Assembly (NCBI GenBank): GCA_964035545.1 | Contig: OZ037770.1 | Span: 15,552,642-15,616,641, forward strand | DNA length: 64,000 nucleotides | From: Bugula neritina | Lineage: Eukaryota > Animalia > Bryozoa | Reading direction: 5' to 3' | In this document: piece after piece, positions 26,833-63,797 of the stretch | Layout of the letters: the number at the start of each line of letters is the position of its first letter | How positions within the stretch are numbered: the first letter of the stretch is position 1 | Notes under the pieces: generated by a model | What the model was told of the DNA's origin: nothing | What the model saw: only the letters and a program-made list of their open reading frames with translations | Databases searched by the model: none | Made by a program: the position numbers and the translations under genes

Positions 26833-29800
26833 ATGGCAGCCAAACACAGTTTTGTTTGCTTGCTCAATCAACAGACATTAATTCACTCAAAACACAAGTT
26901 GTTTGTAAACAGACTCTACTGCAAGCATTTGTTGGTAAGTAGAGTTTAGAATTCTGTTTCTTTTAATGCTAGTAGAATATTGATAGTGCTTTTTGATTTA
27001 GCTTGTAAGTTTCACTTTGTATCTTTGGCAATTGAACTGTACTAAGAACCAAAACTACTAAATTTTGCTCTCTGGAAACCATGTATTTACAATGCAACCC
27101 TCAGGATGTGTAACAATTCTTATGTTCAAAGTTACTTATGTGTGATACAGACGCCCAGCTACATCACCTGTTCATCAACAGCTACTCACTGTGACAGAAG
27201 AACTCAGTCTAAACGTAGCCTGTCTACCCACTTTCCACGTCTACTAACTGGACACAGCAATTTGTTCACTCAAACAGTGAGAACTAATAATTCAACTCTC
27301 TATTCTAGAAGATACAAATCTACTGCTCCACCAGTTCAGGTGAGACTCAACAACTCATTTGAATCAACAGTTCACTTGTCTTCAATGTTTTAATTGATTG
27401 CCATTTTCACTTTATTTCCGTTGGTTTATATCCTGACGTAAAATTACCCAGCTAGAACTATGAGGCTGATATGAAAGTGTTTTATTGGTGCATTCTGATA
27501 TATCAGCAAAGACCTCTACGCCATATGTTCTCTATTCTGTTGCAGTCGAGTGTTCCTCAGGTCGAATATATCCCAGAACCACCCACCCCAGTGACGGATG
27601 CATACGAACAGCTATCGGGGTTGGCGGAGCCCACATTATCTAGTCTGGGGTTGTGTAACTACACTCCTGCGGGTGGGGTGCAAAAGATTCTGGAATGTAT
27701 GCATATATATGGAGACATGCCGTGGTGGGCCACCCTTACCGCTTGTAAGTATTCACTGTGTAGAGTAGGTATATACCGTGTAGAGTAAGTATATACTGTG
27801 TAGAGTAAGTATACACTGTGTAGAGTAAGTATATACCGTGTAGAGTAAGTATATACCGTGTAGAGTAAGTGTACACTGTGTAGAGTAAGTATATACTGTG
27901 TAGAGTAAGTATATACTGTGTAGAGTAAGTATATACTGTGTAGAGTAAGTATATACTGTGTAGAGTAAGTATATACTGTGTAGAGTAAGTATATACCGTG
28001 TAGAGTAAGTATATACCGTGTATAGTAAGTATATACTGTGTAGAGTAAGTATATACTGTGTAGAGTAAGTATATACCGTGTATAGTAAGTATATACTGTG
28101 TAGAGTAAGTATATACGGTGTAGAGTAAGTGTACACTGTGTAGAGTAAGTTATTTAGTAAGAGGTGGGAGTGGTATTGAGAGAGACTGCTAATTATATTT
28201 CCAGTTGCCGTTGCGTTCAGAATGGTGATCATACCACTGCAAGTGTACACCATGAGGGCCTCCATCCACTACCAGAATCATATGCCCACCGTGACCAAGT
28301 ATCAGGAGAAGATTGCGAGGGCAACGGAGCTGAAGGATGTTCAGACAGGTTATTTTATATATTATTATATTATACAGTGTAATAGTATATTATACAGTGT
28401 AATAGTATATTATATAGTGTAATAGTATATTATATACAGTGTAATAGTATATTATACAGTGTAATAGTATATTATATACAGTGTAATAGTATATTATATA
28501 CAGTGTAATAGTATATTATACAGTGTAATAGTATATTATACAGTGTAATAGTATATTATACAGTGTAATAGTATATTATATACAGTGTAATAGTATATTA
28601 TATACAGTGTAATAGTATATTATATACAGTGTAATAGTATATTATACAGTGTAATAGTATATTATACAGTGTAATAGTATAATATACAGTGTAATAGTAT
28701 ATTATATAACTTATATATACACTATATATTGTGTTGGTTTCCTTCAGCCCTCCTATTCTCTGGTAAACTACAGCATCACATGAATACACACAAACCCAGC
28801 GTATTCAAGGGAGTTGGATCTCTCTTCTACCAGGTACGTCTGTACTCTGTGTCTGCAGTCAGCCTCACGTAGCATTCAGTCAGGTCACGTCTCATGTGTA
28901 CACAATATACTCTCACCTGTACTACTCTCACCTACACTACTCTCACCTACACTACTCTCACCTGTACTACTATCACCTATACTACTCTCACCTATACTAC
29001 TCTCACCTGTACTACTCTCACCTATACTACTCTCACCTACACTACTCTCACCTACACTACTCTCACCTACACTACTCTCACCTATACTACTCTCACCTAT
29101 ACTACTCTCACCTGTACTACTCTCACCTGTACTACTCTCACCTATACTACTCTCACCTATACTACTCTCACCTACACTACTCTCACCTATACTACTCTCA
29201 CCTACACTACTCTCACCTACACTACTCTCACCTACACTACTCTCACCTACACTACTCTCACCTATACTACTCTCACCTATACTACTCTCACCTATACTAC
29301 TCTCACCTTTACTACTCTCACCTATACTACTCTCACCTTTACTACTCTCACCTGTACTACTCTCACCTGTACTACTCTCACCTGTACTACTCTCACCTAT
29401 ACTACTCTCACCTATACTACTCTCACCTGTACTACTCTCACCTATACTACTCTCACCTATACTACTCTCACCTATACTACTCTCACCTACACTACTCTCA
29501 CCTATACTACTCTCACCTATACTACTCTCACCTATACTACTCTCACCTATACTACTCTCACCTATACTACTCTCACCTATACTACTTACCGTCTGTCTGT
29601 TACTATTATGACGGCCATTTATCTACAATATAAGAGTATTTCCTCTCCGTCTCCCGTCTCCAGGTGCCGATATTCCTCTCCGTGTTGGCCGGTATCCGGG
29701 GGATGTCCTCACTTCCTGTGCAGAGTATGACGACCGGCGGGCTCTACTGGTTCCCTGACCTCACAGTCCCTGACCCCTACTTCGCGCTGCCAATATTGAC

Positions 29801-31667
29801 GGCAGCGACGCTATTGGCTAATGTCGAGGTACTGTCAGCCAGCTTAGTAGATGACGTGACGTCGCGCAGACGTGTTTCTGTGTTACTTCAGCTCAGAGTA
29901 AACTAGTGCTGATATTAGCAGAATCTTCTTGTGGTAGAAATATATTAGAACATGGTATATATAGATGTTAAGATGTGTGTTTATATACTTTGCTATGAAG
30001 TGCACTATTTATACCCTTTTCCAATTGAGTATTAGAGTGGTTTCTTCAAGTCGCTGATTGAGTTTGTTGTTGCTGTGAGGTATTTCCTGTTTCCTGTTTG
30101 TACAGCTCGGAGCTGACGGAATGAGAGCAAAGAGTCTGCCTTCTAAAACCAAGTGGATAACTCGGGGAATGATTGGGTTGGGTGTTCCCGTGATGATGTC
30201 CTTCTCCCCCTCGGTATGGCGTTGTAGCTGCACACCGTATAGTAGTAACATTGTATATGTACACTGTATAGTAGTAACATTGTATATGTACACTGTATAG
30301 TAGTAACATTGTATATGTACACCGTATAGTAGTAACATTGTATATGTACACTGTATAGTAGTAGTAGCGTTGTATCTGCACACTGTATAGTAGTAACACT
30401 GTATCTGTACACTGTATCTGTACACTGTATCTGCACACCGTATAGTAGTAGCGTTGTATCTGTACACTGTATAGTAGTAACACTGTAGCTGCACACCGTA
30501 TAGTAGTAACATTGTATATGTACACCGTATAGTAGTAACATTGTATATGTACACTGTATAGTAGTAACACTGTATATGCACACTGTATAGTAGTAACATT
30601 GTATCTGCACACTGTATAGTAGTAGTAGCGTTGTATCTGCACACTGTATAGTAGTAACACTGTATCTGTACACTGTACCTGTACACTGTATCTGCACACC
30701 GTATAGTAGTAGCGTTGTATCTGTACACTGTATAGTAGTAACACTGTATCTGTACACTGTATAGTAGTAACATTGTATCTGTACACTGTATAGTAGTAAC
30801 ACTGTATATGCACACTGTATAGTAGTAACATTGTATATGTACACTGTATAGTAGTAACACTGCATATGTACACTGTATAGTAGTAACACTGTATATGTAC
30901 ACTGTATAGTAGTAACATTGTATATGTACACTGTATAGTAGTAACACTGTATCTGTACACTGTATAGTAGTAACATTGTATATGTACACTGTATAGTAGT
31001 AACATTGTATCTTCACAGGCCCTCGGTGTCTACTGGCTCACCTCTAACATCATGGCCGTCATTGTTATCAACATCCTCAAGATTCCCACCATCAAAACCC
31101 GTCTTCAGATTCCCGACTACGCCGTGAAAACAGAGACTAAATTCTCAAAGGAGTCGCGGAAAGATAGCGTATTGTCCACAATAACCTCCAGTGAGCATGC
31201 TCCACATTTCCTCTGTCATTGTGTAGTGTAAAGTAGCAGTTACCTTCTCAGTTTAGTCTGAGATATCTTACTTGTCACTATATCCCATGTGACAGGAAGT
31301 CACTTAGCACCACGTCTCTCTCATCACTCTGTCCTTCACTAGAGTAACGACCTCCTCCATTGTCAGATAGTCTCATGGCGTGTGTAACTTTCCAACTTCT
31401 GGAAGTCAATTCAGTATAATAGTTTACTCAAATAGAATAGACACAGCCTCTAGCTAGACGGAAACTGCTGTCATTCTCTCCGAGTTCTTTATACTCGTGT
31501 CAAGGTCGTATTCCTGTTATTTACTTTCAGCTTACAAAGAGAAACGAATCAAAGCCACCATCAGCGACGCAGAGAGTATAAACGCCAAAGCGTTCCACGA
31601 GGCGGGAAGAGCTAAAATTGTGAAGACATTTAAATATGATCCAACAAAGACGGTGAAAAACAGCTAA
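26833..31667 (+). CDS. OXA1L: Mitochondrial inner membrane insertase OXA1L (YidC/Oxa1 family), ~9 exons
   Basis: Basic, Ser/Thr-rich presequence-like N-terminus, then IPEPP..EPTLSSLGLCNYTPAGGVQKILECMHIYGDMPWW (~27546-27744), RMVIIPL..NHMPTV (~28205-28348), PIFLSVLAGIRGMSSLPVQSMTTGGLYWFPDLTVPDPYFALPIL (29664-29828), VYWLTSN (~31019-31191) and the C-tail AFHEAGRAKIVKTFKYDPTK, stop at 31665-31667. Confidence 0.95.
27757..28148. repeat. Intronic 20-bp minisatellite GTGTAGAGTAAGTATATACT
   Basis: Direct inspection. Confidence 0.97.
28365..28705. repeat. Intronic 20-22-bp minisatellite ATATTATACAGTGTAATAGT
   Basis: Direct inspection. Confidence 0.95.
28907..29585. repeat. Intronic 15-bp minisatellite CTATACTACTCTCAC
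   Basis: Direct inspection. Confidence 0.97.
30224..31010. repeat. Intronic ~29-bp minisatellite TGTATAGTAGTAACATTGTATATGTACAC
   Basis: Direct inspection; variant units themselves recur (higher-order pattern). Confidence 0.95.
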
Positions 31668-34600
31668 CTAGCTCCATCTAGTGACTGGAGTTTATGAATA
31701 GAGAGTAATGATGTTTTAGAGTTATCTTCTCGTATTTATGTGTCTGAATGTGGTGTAACTAGAACCATGTTGATTGGCTGTCCGAAAACGTTTGAACTTC
31801 TCTATTTCTGCATAAGCAAGCTTTAATCCTACTTTGTGAATTGTGTTCCAATTGTTTAACAGTTTCTCACGAGATATTGACCGTCTCCTAGCACATTGAA
31901 TTTAATTTTGTTTCATGAGTAACACTCCTGTGTTTTTAACTAACAAAAAATTAAACAATTATGTTTACAATATTTGTAAGTTGTCTCCCTCGGTATTTGT
32001 AAATTATGTCCCATTTTATGTAATTTGTCATAAATATATTCTTTTTTTATACTTTTGCTTAAAAAAAGACAGTTTCCCATCACTTGCAATGCTAGTTCAC
32101 CCGATAAAACTTTCAGCTGTTTGTAAATGAAATTTTAACTTCTTGAATTTATATAATGAAACAATAGTCTTTTTGAACTCAACAATAAACTAGAAACATT
32201 CTACTGGTTTGATTATATCTTTCTTTCCACACCTGAAGGTTTTCTGTGTTCACCACATCACGGATTATTGATGCAGTGACATTGTGCTGATCAAAGTAGA
32301 ATTTCTTACATTATTATTTAGAATATGTATCTCCCAGCTTTCCATACTCTGCTGCTTCAGAGTTCCCCGTCTCACACTTTGCTATCTTCTAGCAGAATAG
32401 TCCTTGCTTCACAACCACTAACTACTCCGTATTACAATATAGGTCATGATATTAACATCATATATGCAAGTTTATTCACTAGTATATTGCAAAAAGCACA
32501 TAAAATATTTGTTGAAGAGTAAAAAAATAAACACAGTGTTATAATTATCTAATGCATGCATGTTGAGCTAACAACACAATTCTATATCCATGACATTTCT
32601 ACAAGTTCCTGTATAATATAAACTAACTATACAGAACTGAATACATTTAGTCATAACACAATATATAATATAATTCAATATGGTCTATTTTGTGTTCAAG
32701 TTGATGCCCTCACATAATGAGTCTATAGTCAACATTAACATTCAGATAGGAAGAGTTAGTTAATAATTATAGCCTATAAAATAATCTGAAGTTTATTAGG
32801 ACCTTTTCTTCATTAAAAATAACTACTTAGGACTGGTGAAAAGTAGTTACCCCATGGCTTTAGTACATTGCTTGCCAATGCATAGCAACAGAGAGCTTTC
32901 CTAGCAACACTACATACTTGAATAAATAAGCCCTCTAGAAGAAATTAATTTAGCTTGACAAACAATGCAAATATAGCAACCGAAAACTTAAGATAATATC
33001 AGGGAAAATTCTACCCCCCCCCTTCCCGTACACTTACAGCGTGATAAGGTTATTAGCCTATGGAAATCAACTAAGAAGCATTCTTAGCACTGCTTGTACA
33101 GAAAAACTGCTTGTTATAATACTCCTCACTTGCAGCTGCGTTATTTTTTCATGCATTTGTTTTTATTAGTAAAATCTCTGATATTTTCACCGTCCTAATC
33201 CTTACTAAGTGTAAATTAGGTGTAGATAAAGACTGCCTTTACTTCACTACGTTTATCAACTAATAATTAAATAATAATTAGCCGTATACAAATGTCTCAC
33301 TAAGCATTGTGGTAATAAACTCTTTGCACAATTCAAAACACTGTGAACTAAATCATTCTAGTTTAGGGAGACAGAGCCGACAAGGGCAGACAATTAGTAA
33401 TATCACTTAACAGACAGCTGGTTATTGTACAGGTTCTTGTCTGTGTTATACTTGGCTGTGTGAGAACCTTTCTATTTCCAGCCATTAAACTTACAACTGC
33501 AATTTTCACTATTGAGATCTCCAACCCATATAAAATTTAAAGATACTTATTGATGTTACTGAGTGCATACCATTCCAGTTATATATTTGCTTTTCACAAT
33601 TTATCAGCTCTTAAGCTGTTGGAGTGTTCAGCATAGTGATAAGATTGTAAGAAGTGTGTAGCCTCAGTCCCAGGATAACAGAGTACACATACTCAACAGC
33701 TAAGGATAGCGACATTGTTGATAAAGTTACTTTACTGCTATGCTTTATTACTACAAGCTATAAATGGTCACATGATAACTGTAGTGAAGCTAGCAACGCC
33801 CTATATCCAGTACCACTCAGAATATTATATTGAAGAGATGTGGATGGGAAGAACATTCATTACTGTAGATGCAGGTAATTACTCACTATTATATTCTATC
33901 TCTCTTATTCTGGTAAGATATGTGCTATATATAAGAGAGATATCATATTATGTTTAGCACTTTATGTTTGAAACACCATGAGGTGAGTAAGAGTGACACT
34001 ATAAAAAGAAAGTAGGACAAATGAGTGTTGAGTGCTAATGAAGAAAATCATACCAATGGTTTTAGGCACCAATATTTAAAATCTTTGGATCATCACTTTT
34101 TACTTTGCAATGGGGAATTTATTGTACAGAGTTATGTTAAAGTAGTAAGGTATAACCTAACACTCTAAAGTCTAAGCTATTTCAAGGTTATACACTGTTG
34201 TACCTATACTTATAATAAGGTGGGTTGTGTGCATGTAGTTAGTAACATTCTATTGCAATCTAAACTAAATTATTGTTTAGATTTTATAAAAAGCAGACAG
34301 GCGACATTTTTCTGGATTTGATATTCTTTACTAACTGAACGAAACCGAGACTGCACCAAGTCATAATAGTGAAACTCTTACAATATTTTCTCTTTAATGT
34401 TACTAGAAATCAGCTTGTATACTTCTGTGTTACTATAATATCTGTCAGGTCTAGCAAACAAGTGCAATTTTGTTGATGGCATTTTATATTAATACATGGG
34501 CATACATTTTGTAGTCCTTATTTCACTAATTTTTTCATGAGACTATTGTGGGTTAGTTCACATACAACAGCATGTAGTATATTTTGTCTAACACTTTGAT

Positions 34601-35039
34601 ATCTTTTTGTCATAAACATACCCTACTTCTATAATCACCAAGTTTGTGACATAACATTATTTTTTAAACTCAAATCTCCTATAGATTGTTCAACAGGTTT
34701 ACACCAGTATCAACTTGACTGTCTGTGTAAAGGTATAACTAAAGCTGGAGGGTAGCCTTAGATCACTATTTATGAAGCTAGGTTTACGGTTTAAGGTGCA
34801 AGTCTAGCAGATAAGCAGTAGCTAGGAAGTTTATATATCTCTAATGTTAATGTGAATTGGTTACCTTTAATATTTTCCTTTTAGTATTTCAGTATTTTCA
34901 AGTTACTTGAAATCATAAATGAAAGTCCAGCTCATACCTTGTTAGAATTGTGATTATTTATGCCTTTCCAGTATTTTGTTAGTATAATAATGACAGCTGT
35001 TTATTTACCTTCTAGCTATATTATACTGATTGTATTATA

Positions 35040-36359
35040 GGGGTAACGGGGGCACAACGGGCCGAATTTTGCATTTGTTGCTCTCATTCGTCTGTTTTTC
35101 AAGTTACTAGTTCAATAATTTCTAGTCTTAATGCTACATCTGTTGTCTATTACAGGTACCAGTTTGTTGTTTTTATCTCTTTCACAACTTTCAGAATAAT
35201 GAAATTTTCATGACGAAAAAATTGGCCCATTGTGCCCCGGTACCGGGGTACAATGGGCCACTGGGTGGAACGCAACAAATATATTGAAACTTTGCAGATT
35301 TTGTTACATCTGATCTTTATTTATTTAATATTACAAATAAATAAAGATACTCTTTCAGATCTACAGCAAAATTCATGTTTTAGCTGTACAGTTTGTGCCA
35401 CTACGGATAGCAGAGGAAGGCAAAATCAAACGCACGTCACTCAGTTCTGCAGTGCCATTATCATTACTGTTTAGAACTAAAAATGTTTTGTTATTTTCAC
35501 TTCAGAGCAACGTTTATTAAAAAAAACTTTACTAAAATGTACTATAAAGTTCTGAGTGAACTTTTTCAATGAACTGTAGCTAAGGTGCATGCATGGCTGA
35601 GGTTTGTGACTGGAGTACGGAAGGGAGAGGGGGGAGCAAATTAGCAAATCACAATTTATTTCAGTCAAATGCATGTATATTCCCTCAATGGTGTAATATA
35701 TAATGATTATCATGACTATCTACTAGTAGCAACAGCAGAGTGTTTTGTATTATGTATAAAATGGCAAAGCTTTAACCTTACCAGATGTATGTATTAGGGG
35801 AGCTTCAACTTGTAGTTTTGTAGTCTTACCATGATGTCTTTGATATTTTACAAAAAGGTCAGAAATGGCTATATTTATAAATTTTAGTAACAGTTCAACC
35901 AACTTTTTGGGCAAACAAACTAATAACAGTGATCAGGGTGCAATAATCAGGTGGCCCATTGTGCCCCGGTCAGCGTGGCCCATTGTGCCCCGTGTGGCCA
36001 AATCGAAAATAAATGTGCCTCAAGGAAAATTTATTTCAGTGTTTGCTGTTATACTAGTTAAGCATTGCAGAGACAAGCAATGGCAACAATATTAGTAAAA
36101 TTTAGGCTTCTTGCATTTGAGTGTAAAAAGTTATAAGGCTTCAACGACATCCTAAGAAATTTACAAAAAGTAGGTAAAAACAGTTTTTTACTCGCTTTTT
36201 CAACACGAATGTTCCCCAAGTGTTGAAACTACATGCAGAGGCTGAATAATTATGTCAATATCTTTTTATGAAAAAAAAATCACAACTCTAAGTCAATAAG
36301 TTCTCTCACAATTTGGCCGGCTTTTTGTACCCCTATGACCGTTGTGCCCCCGTTACCCC
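35040..36359. mobile_element. Non-autonomous TIR DNA transposon (TA target duplication; probably Tc1/mariner-pogo superfamily)
   Basis: Perfect 21-bp terminal inverted repeat GGGGTAACGGGGGCACAACGG (35040-35060 and 36339-36359) with TA on both flanks. Internal copies of GGCCCATTGTGCCCCG at ~35224, ~35953 and ~35977. No transposase ORF. Confidence 0.88.
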
Positions 36360-36474
36360 TACCAATACTCATGTCTGTTTGTAACAGATAAGAGGGAACA
36401 TGTTATCACTAGATACGAAGATTCTGATTGGCTGATGTGAAGCTGTGTTGTCTGCTATTGGCTGATTTCACAAG

Positions 36475-59311
<22,837 letters not shown>

Positions 59312-59744
59312 TATACACGTTATGGTATATTATGTTGTATATTCACAGGTTTAAGTAGTTTAGCTGGTGAATATACTCGTATATGCTATAGTGGTTAGTT
59401 TACATTATATACTTCACAAGATACCAGAAACATTTCATACTATACGTTTACCTGTGTACCATGGTAATATCACTTTAATGAAACTAATAGTTACTCTATA
59501 TATATATATTATAGCCTTCATGCATGTGTATTACATATACAGATATACAGTTTAGTATAATGTAGTATATTATTCTCATGTTATTCATATAAAATTCTAT
59601 ACGACGTTCTATAGTTATGGCAGTGCTGTATTTCATAAAGTATTTTATTTTAGCTTAATATCTTTTTTATGGATATGAGCAGCTTGCATTAGCTAGTTAC
59701 TGTGTTATTAGTCGACTTGATTTTATTTATATTCTACACGCAAT

Positions 59745-62050
59745 ATCCTATACTACATATATCCTATACTACATATATCCTATACTACATATATCCTATA
59801 CTACATATATCCTATACTACATATATCCTATACTCAAATACACTAAATTCACATCCAGATAATCAAATCCTGATGCAATGAATATACTTACTGCTTTTCT
59901 AGAAATACCATGAAGATAGATATAGTATTATACATTTCAGCAAGATGAGAAAATAACTCCTAAACTGACTATATATTAGTGAAGTAGCAAATAATGCACC
60001 ACTAAATACACAGAGCAACTTCTCATAATAACTCCAATAGTCTTATCATAGTCTGCACTGTATGTATGTATTCAGAATCAGTTCTCTTAGTCTACTCTTC
60101 TGTCACTCTACTCTATTTATATGCTACATCATCTGCAAGTGTCCACACAGCTGCTAGTTTACTGCTCTGTTGCTAGGTGACTACACGTCTGCTAGGTGAC
60201 TGCTCTGTTGCTAGGTTACTGTACTGTTGTTAGGTTACTGTACTGTTGCTAGTTTACTATACTGTTGCTAGTTTACTATACTGTTGCTAGGGTACTACAC
60301 TGTTGCTAGGGTACTACACTGTTGCTAGGTGACTACACTGTTGCTAAGTGACTGTGCTGTTACTAGGTGATTATACTGTTGCTATGTTACTGTACTGTTG
60401 CTAAGTTACTGTGCTGTGACTGCACTATTAATACATGACTATTTTTGCTAAGTGACAGTAGATTTGCTAACTAACTCATAGACTTACATAAATACAACTG
60501 ATGATCAAGTTTATAAGAGATGCACAACATATACTGCAAGTTTTTGATGAAGCACACATTAAATTATTATGCACTTATCAATGCTACTAATTTGAATTCT
60601 AAGGCATAGACAGAGGTATCTAGTTATGCAGTAGAAATAGATGTGAGTTACAGATTTTTAAGCCACAGGGTTTTTTGAAGCTGTGCAAGTATAAAGTTGA
60701 TTGTGTGACACAGGAATATCAAGTTTTATTATACGAAATACTCGTGTAAAACTCACACCAGAATGAAGTATATAGGTACTGGTGTAATGATACTATAGTG
60801 TAAGTATAGCTGGTAGAATAATACTATAGTGTTAGTATAACTGGTAGAATAATACTGAATAGTGTAAGTATAGCTGGTAGAATGATACTGTATAGTGTTA
60901 GTATAACTGGTAGAATAATACTGTATAATGTAAGTATAGCTGGTAGAATAATACTGTAGTGTAAGTATAGCTGGTAGAATAATACTGTATAGTGTAAGTA
61001 TAGCTGGTAGAATAATACTGTATAGTGTAAGTATAGCTGGTAGAATGATACTGTATAGTGTAAGTATAGCTGGTAGAATAATACTGTATAGTGTAAGTAT
61101 AGCTAGTAGAATAATACTGTATAGTGTAAGTATAGCTGGTAGAATAATACTATAGTGTAAGTATATAGCTAGTAGAAGGAGATGTTTTCTAGAGTAGAAT
61201 TATATGTATAGATAAAAAGCACCTTGTGATACCTGTCATCTCAAAGTGTCAGTAGCATCAGTACATCTTTCAAATGCTCAACTCAAATATTACATCCTGC
61301 CAAACCACAAATAATAAAGGTGATATATTTTAATCAGTCTGTGAGCTTTTTTACCAAATGTGACCATTATTTGATTTTAAATGCCAAAATAATTAACAGG
61401 CCTTTGTGAATCATAACTATTCTAACTTGAGATGTTGCACCTACACAGATGAGAAAACATCCAGTTGTTGATAACAATGACCAAGTGCTAAAGTTGAATA
61501 GTCGGAAATTTGAAAAGAAAGTGGACAGATATTGGGGGAAAATGAATAGTTAGTGATAATTGGCTTTGCAAAGGCTTTTTTACTTGAATGACTTTGAATT
61601 CGAAACACGAATGAGAATTCATTTATAAGAAACAACCACACTCAACTGCTTTAGTGCCTGGCAATCTGATAAGCCGATGAAAAGTTTTTTTAGCAACAAA
61701 TAAATTATCATATTCTGCTTTACTGCTATGTCAAGCTGTACTGTGTTCAGTGTATTGTAATATTTTAGTTGGCAAATTTTTACTGTCTAGAAATTTGACA
61801 GAGATCTGTAGGTACGTATAAACTACTTATATTAGCTGCATATGCCTCTCCATATGTAAGATATCACATTGATATTCAGTGATTACGTTGATATTCAGTG
61901 TATTATGTTGATATTCAGTGTAATATGTTGATATTCAGTGTATTATGTTGATATCCAGTGTATTATGTTGATATATTCAGTGTATTATGTTGATATTTAG
62001 TGTATTATGTTGATACTCAGTGTATTATGTTGATATTCAGTGTATTATTA
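59745..62050. repeat. Cluster of intergenic minisatellites (~59745-59835, 60160-60420, 60780-61170, 61870-62050)
   Basis: Units ATATCCTATACTACAT, CTGTTGCTAGGTTACTGTA, GTGTAAGTATAGCTGGTAGAATAATACTGTATA, TTGATATTCAGTGTATTATG. Confidence 0.9.
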
Positions 62051-62615
62051 TTATAAAGCTAACTGGTTAAGCATACCACACTCAACCAGTCTGTAGGTAG
62101 TATAGCTAAGATATATATATAGGATTATTGGCTAATACTGCATAATTAAAAAGCAGCAGAATTCCTCAACACTTAGCAAGTAGGTCAAGTCTCTAAGCAG
62201 TTGTTTGAATGTGAGAATAGAGTTGTCTATTTGGATCTATTTTCAAAGAGTATAACGTCTTCATCAACACAATAGCCAATGGTCACCTTTGGTCAGTGGT
62301 CCTGCACAATAGCCAATATAGCTAAGTTAAATGTTGAGATGCACAGATAAGCATTCTAGTCAGTATTGAAAACAATGCCTCCTATTCATCTGCATTTTTT
62401 AAGTTAAAATTATTGCTAAACCTCATTCACTGTCAAAGTATTATTTCTATTGCATGGCATGCCTTTTGTTCTCAGGTAGACATAGCTTGTAATGTGATCA
62501 TGTGACCCTGTATATATAAGACAGGTACCAGCTACCTATATAGCAAGGTTGTGCTATATAACTATATTGAGTGAGCTACTCTATATTCCAGCTATATCAT
62601 GTATATATACATTAC

Positions 62616-62679
<64 letters not shown>

Positions 62680-62682
<3 letters not shown>

Positions 62683-63460
62683 TTTCTGGTACGCTGTTTA
62701 ACTTTACACTGTCCATCTTCTCATTAACTTCAACTTGCAGTGCAACATCTATCACTGCTTGAAGCTAGGATTGCTCTTCTGTTGCCATAGCAGTTATCCT
62801 CTCTCTGATTGTCTTACTTTGCACCCCTATTCTAAATTGTTCAGGCAAATTATCATGTAGCACATTCCCAAACTCACATGATCTAGCTTGTGCCCTCAGT
62901 CTAGCTACGAAGTCTGTCACGGATTTATTTGATGCTAGTCTCTTGACTTCTCTAAGCCTCGCCCTCTCAACCATTTTATTTGCCACTGTACCACAATGTC
63001 TCTTCAGCTGCTGTACTAGATTGTCATAGCTGACATCCTGTGGCATCTCTGGTGATACTAAGTCTGTCAAAGTATCATATTGACTCTCTGAAAGTCCCAT
63101 AATCAGTACATGCTTCTTCAAGTCAGCATCTGTCTTGTGTATAAGAAAGTAACTTTCTTACCTCTGCATATAATGTTTTATCTTCCCACTAAACTGCGCT
63201 ATAGATCCAGTAGCCATTCTAAAATCTTGAGCTGCCACTTTTGCATTATTCTCGTCACCAATTTTATGTTGTGTTAAGTTGCTGTTATTATATTTATGCT
63301 GTAGAGACCACTCTCGGTTGAGGACTAACACTATCCCCTTATTTGCATGTAGATATTCATGTTATATACATGCAGAGCATGACATCATACAGTTGCCAAA
63401 CATTATCTGATTCGTGCAGTAATAACAAAGAACTTTATTGCATGCTGTAAACACTCAAAA
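62680..63460 (-). mobile_element. Truncated Mag-type Gypsy relic: LTR remnant, PBS and decayed gag, cut by (TA)n
   Basis: PBS-like TGGTGACGAG at 63260-63251; gag MATGSIAQF..R*ESYF..LTDLVSPEMP..SYDNLVQQLKRH..SVTDFVARLRAQARSCEFG..FRIGV (K02A2.6-like). The outer LTR boundary is uncertain. Confidence 0.8.
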
Positions 63461-63506
63461 CATTACAGTTATAACCATTACTAGTTCCTGTGTCAGTCCT
63501 GTTGAA

Positions 63507-63797
63507 ATGCTCGAGTCAGAAGAGCAGGAACTCAAAGGTCTGCTAGAGGAAGAAGACACTGACACAGAAAAACCATTAGGGAAGGAAACTGGTTATAGCC
63601 TGAGCAAGTGTAGAGAATACCTGCTATTAGGCGTCTTGCTATTCTCTCAGTTTGTGGCGTTGTGCACTGACACTTTCTTGTTCCCTTTCTTTCCTCAAGA
63701 AGCAAAGAGCAAAGGGTTATCTTATGTGGAGATTGGAATTGTTTTCAGTTCTTTTGAGTTTGCCAGATTTGTGACCGCACCAGTCTTGGGATATCTG
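63507..63797 (+). CDS. SLC18B1: MFS transporter SLC18B1-like, first coding exon (gene continues beyond window)
   Basis: LFPFFPQEAKSKGLSYVEIGIVFSSFEFARFVTAPVLGYL|gtaata matches the PFFPxEAxxKG TM1-TM2 motif of SLC18B1. Confidence 0.8.

Noticed and set aside
28814-31016. Long repetitive ORFs (LLSP, YTTL, YYSH, QCYYY); similar ones at 1046-1423, 2233-2703, 3636-4813, 27753-28265
   Set aside because: They are minisatellites inside introns of OXA1L or DOP1 that are stop-free by chance.
33361-34310. Candidate upstream exons of the ROCO-caspase gene
   Set aside because: Splice-like sites are present, but there is no coherent coding frame; possibly 5' UTR exons, unsupported without transcripts.
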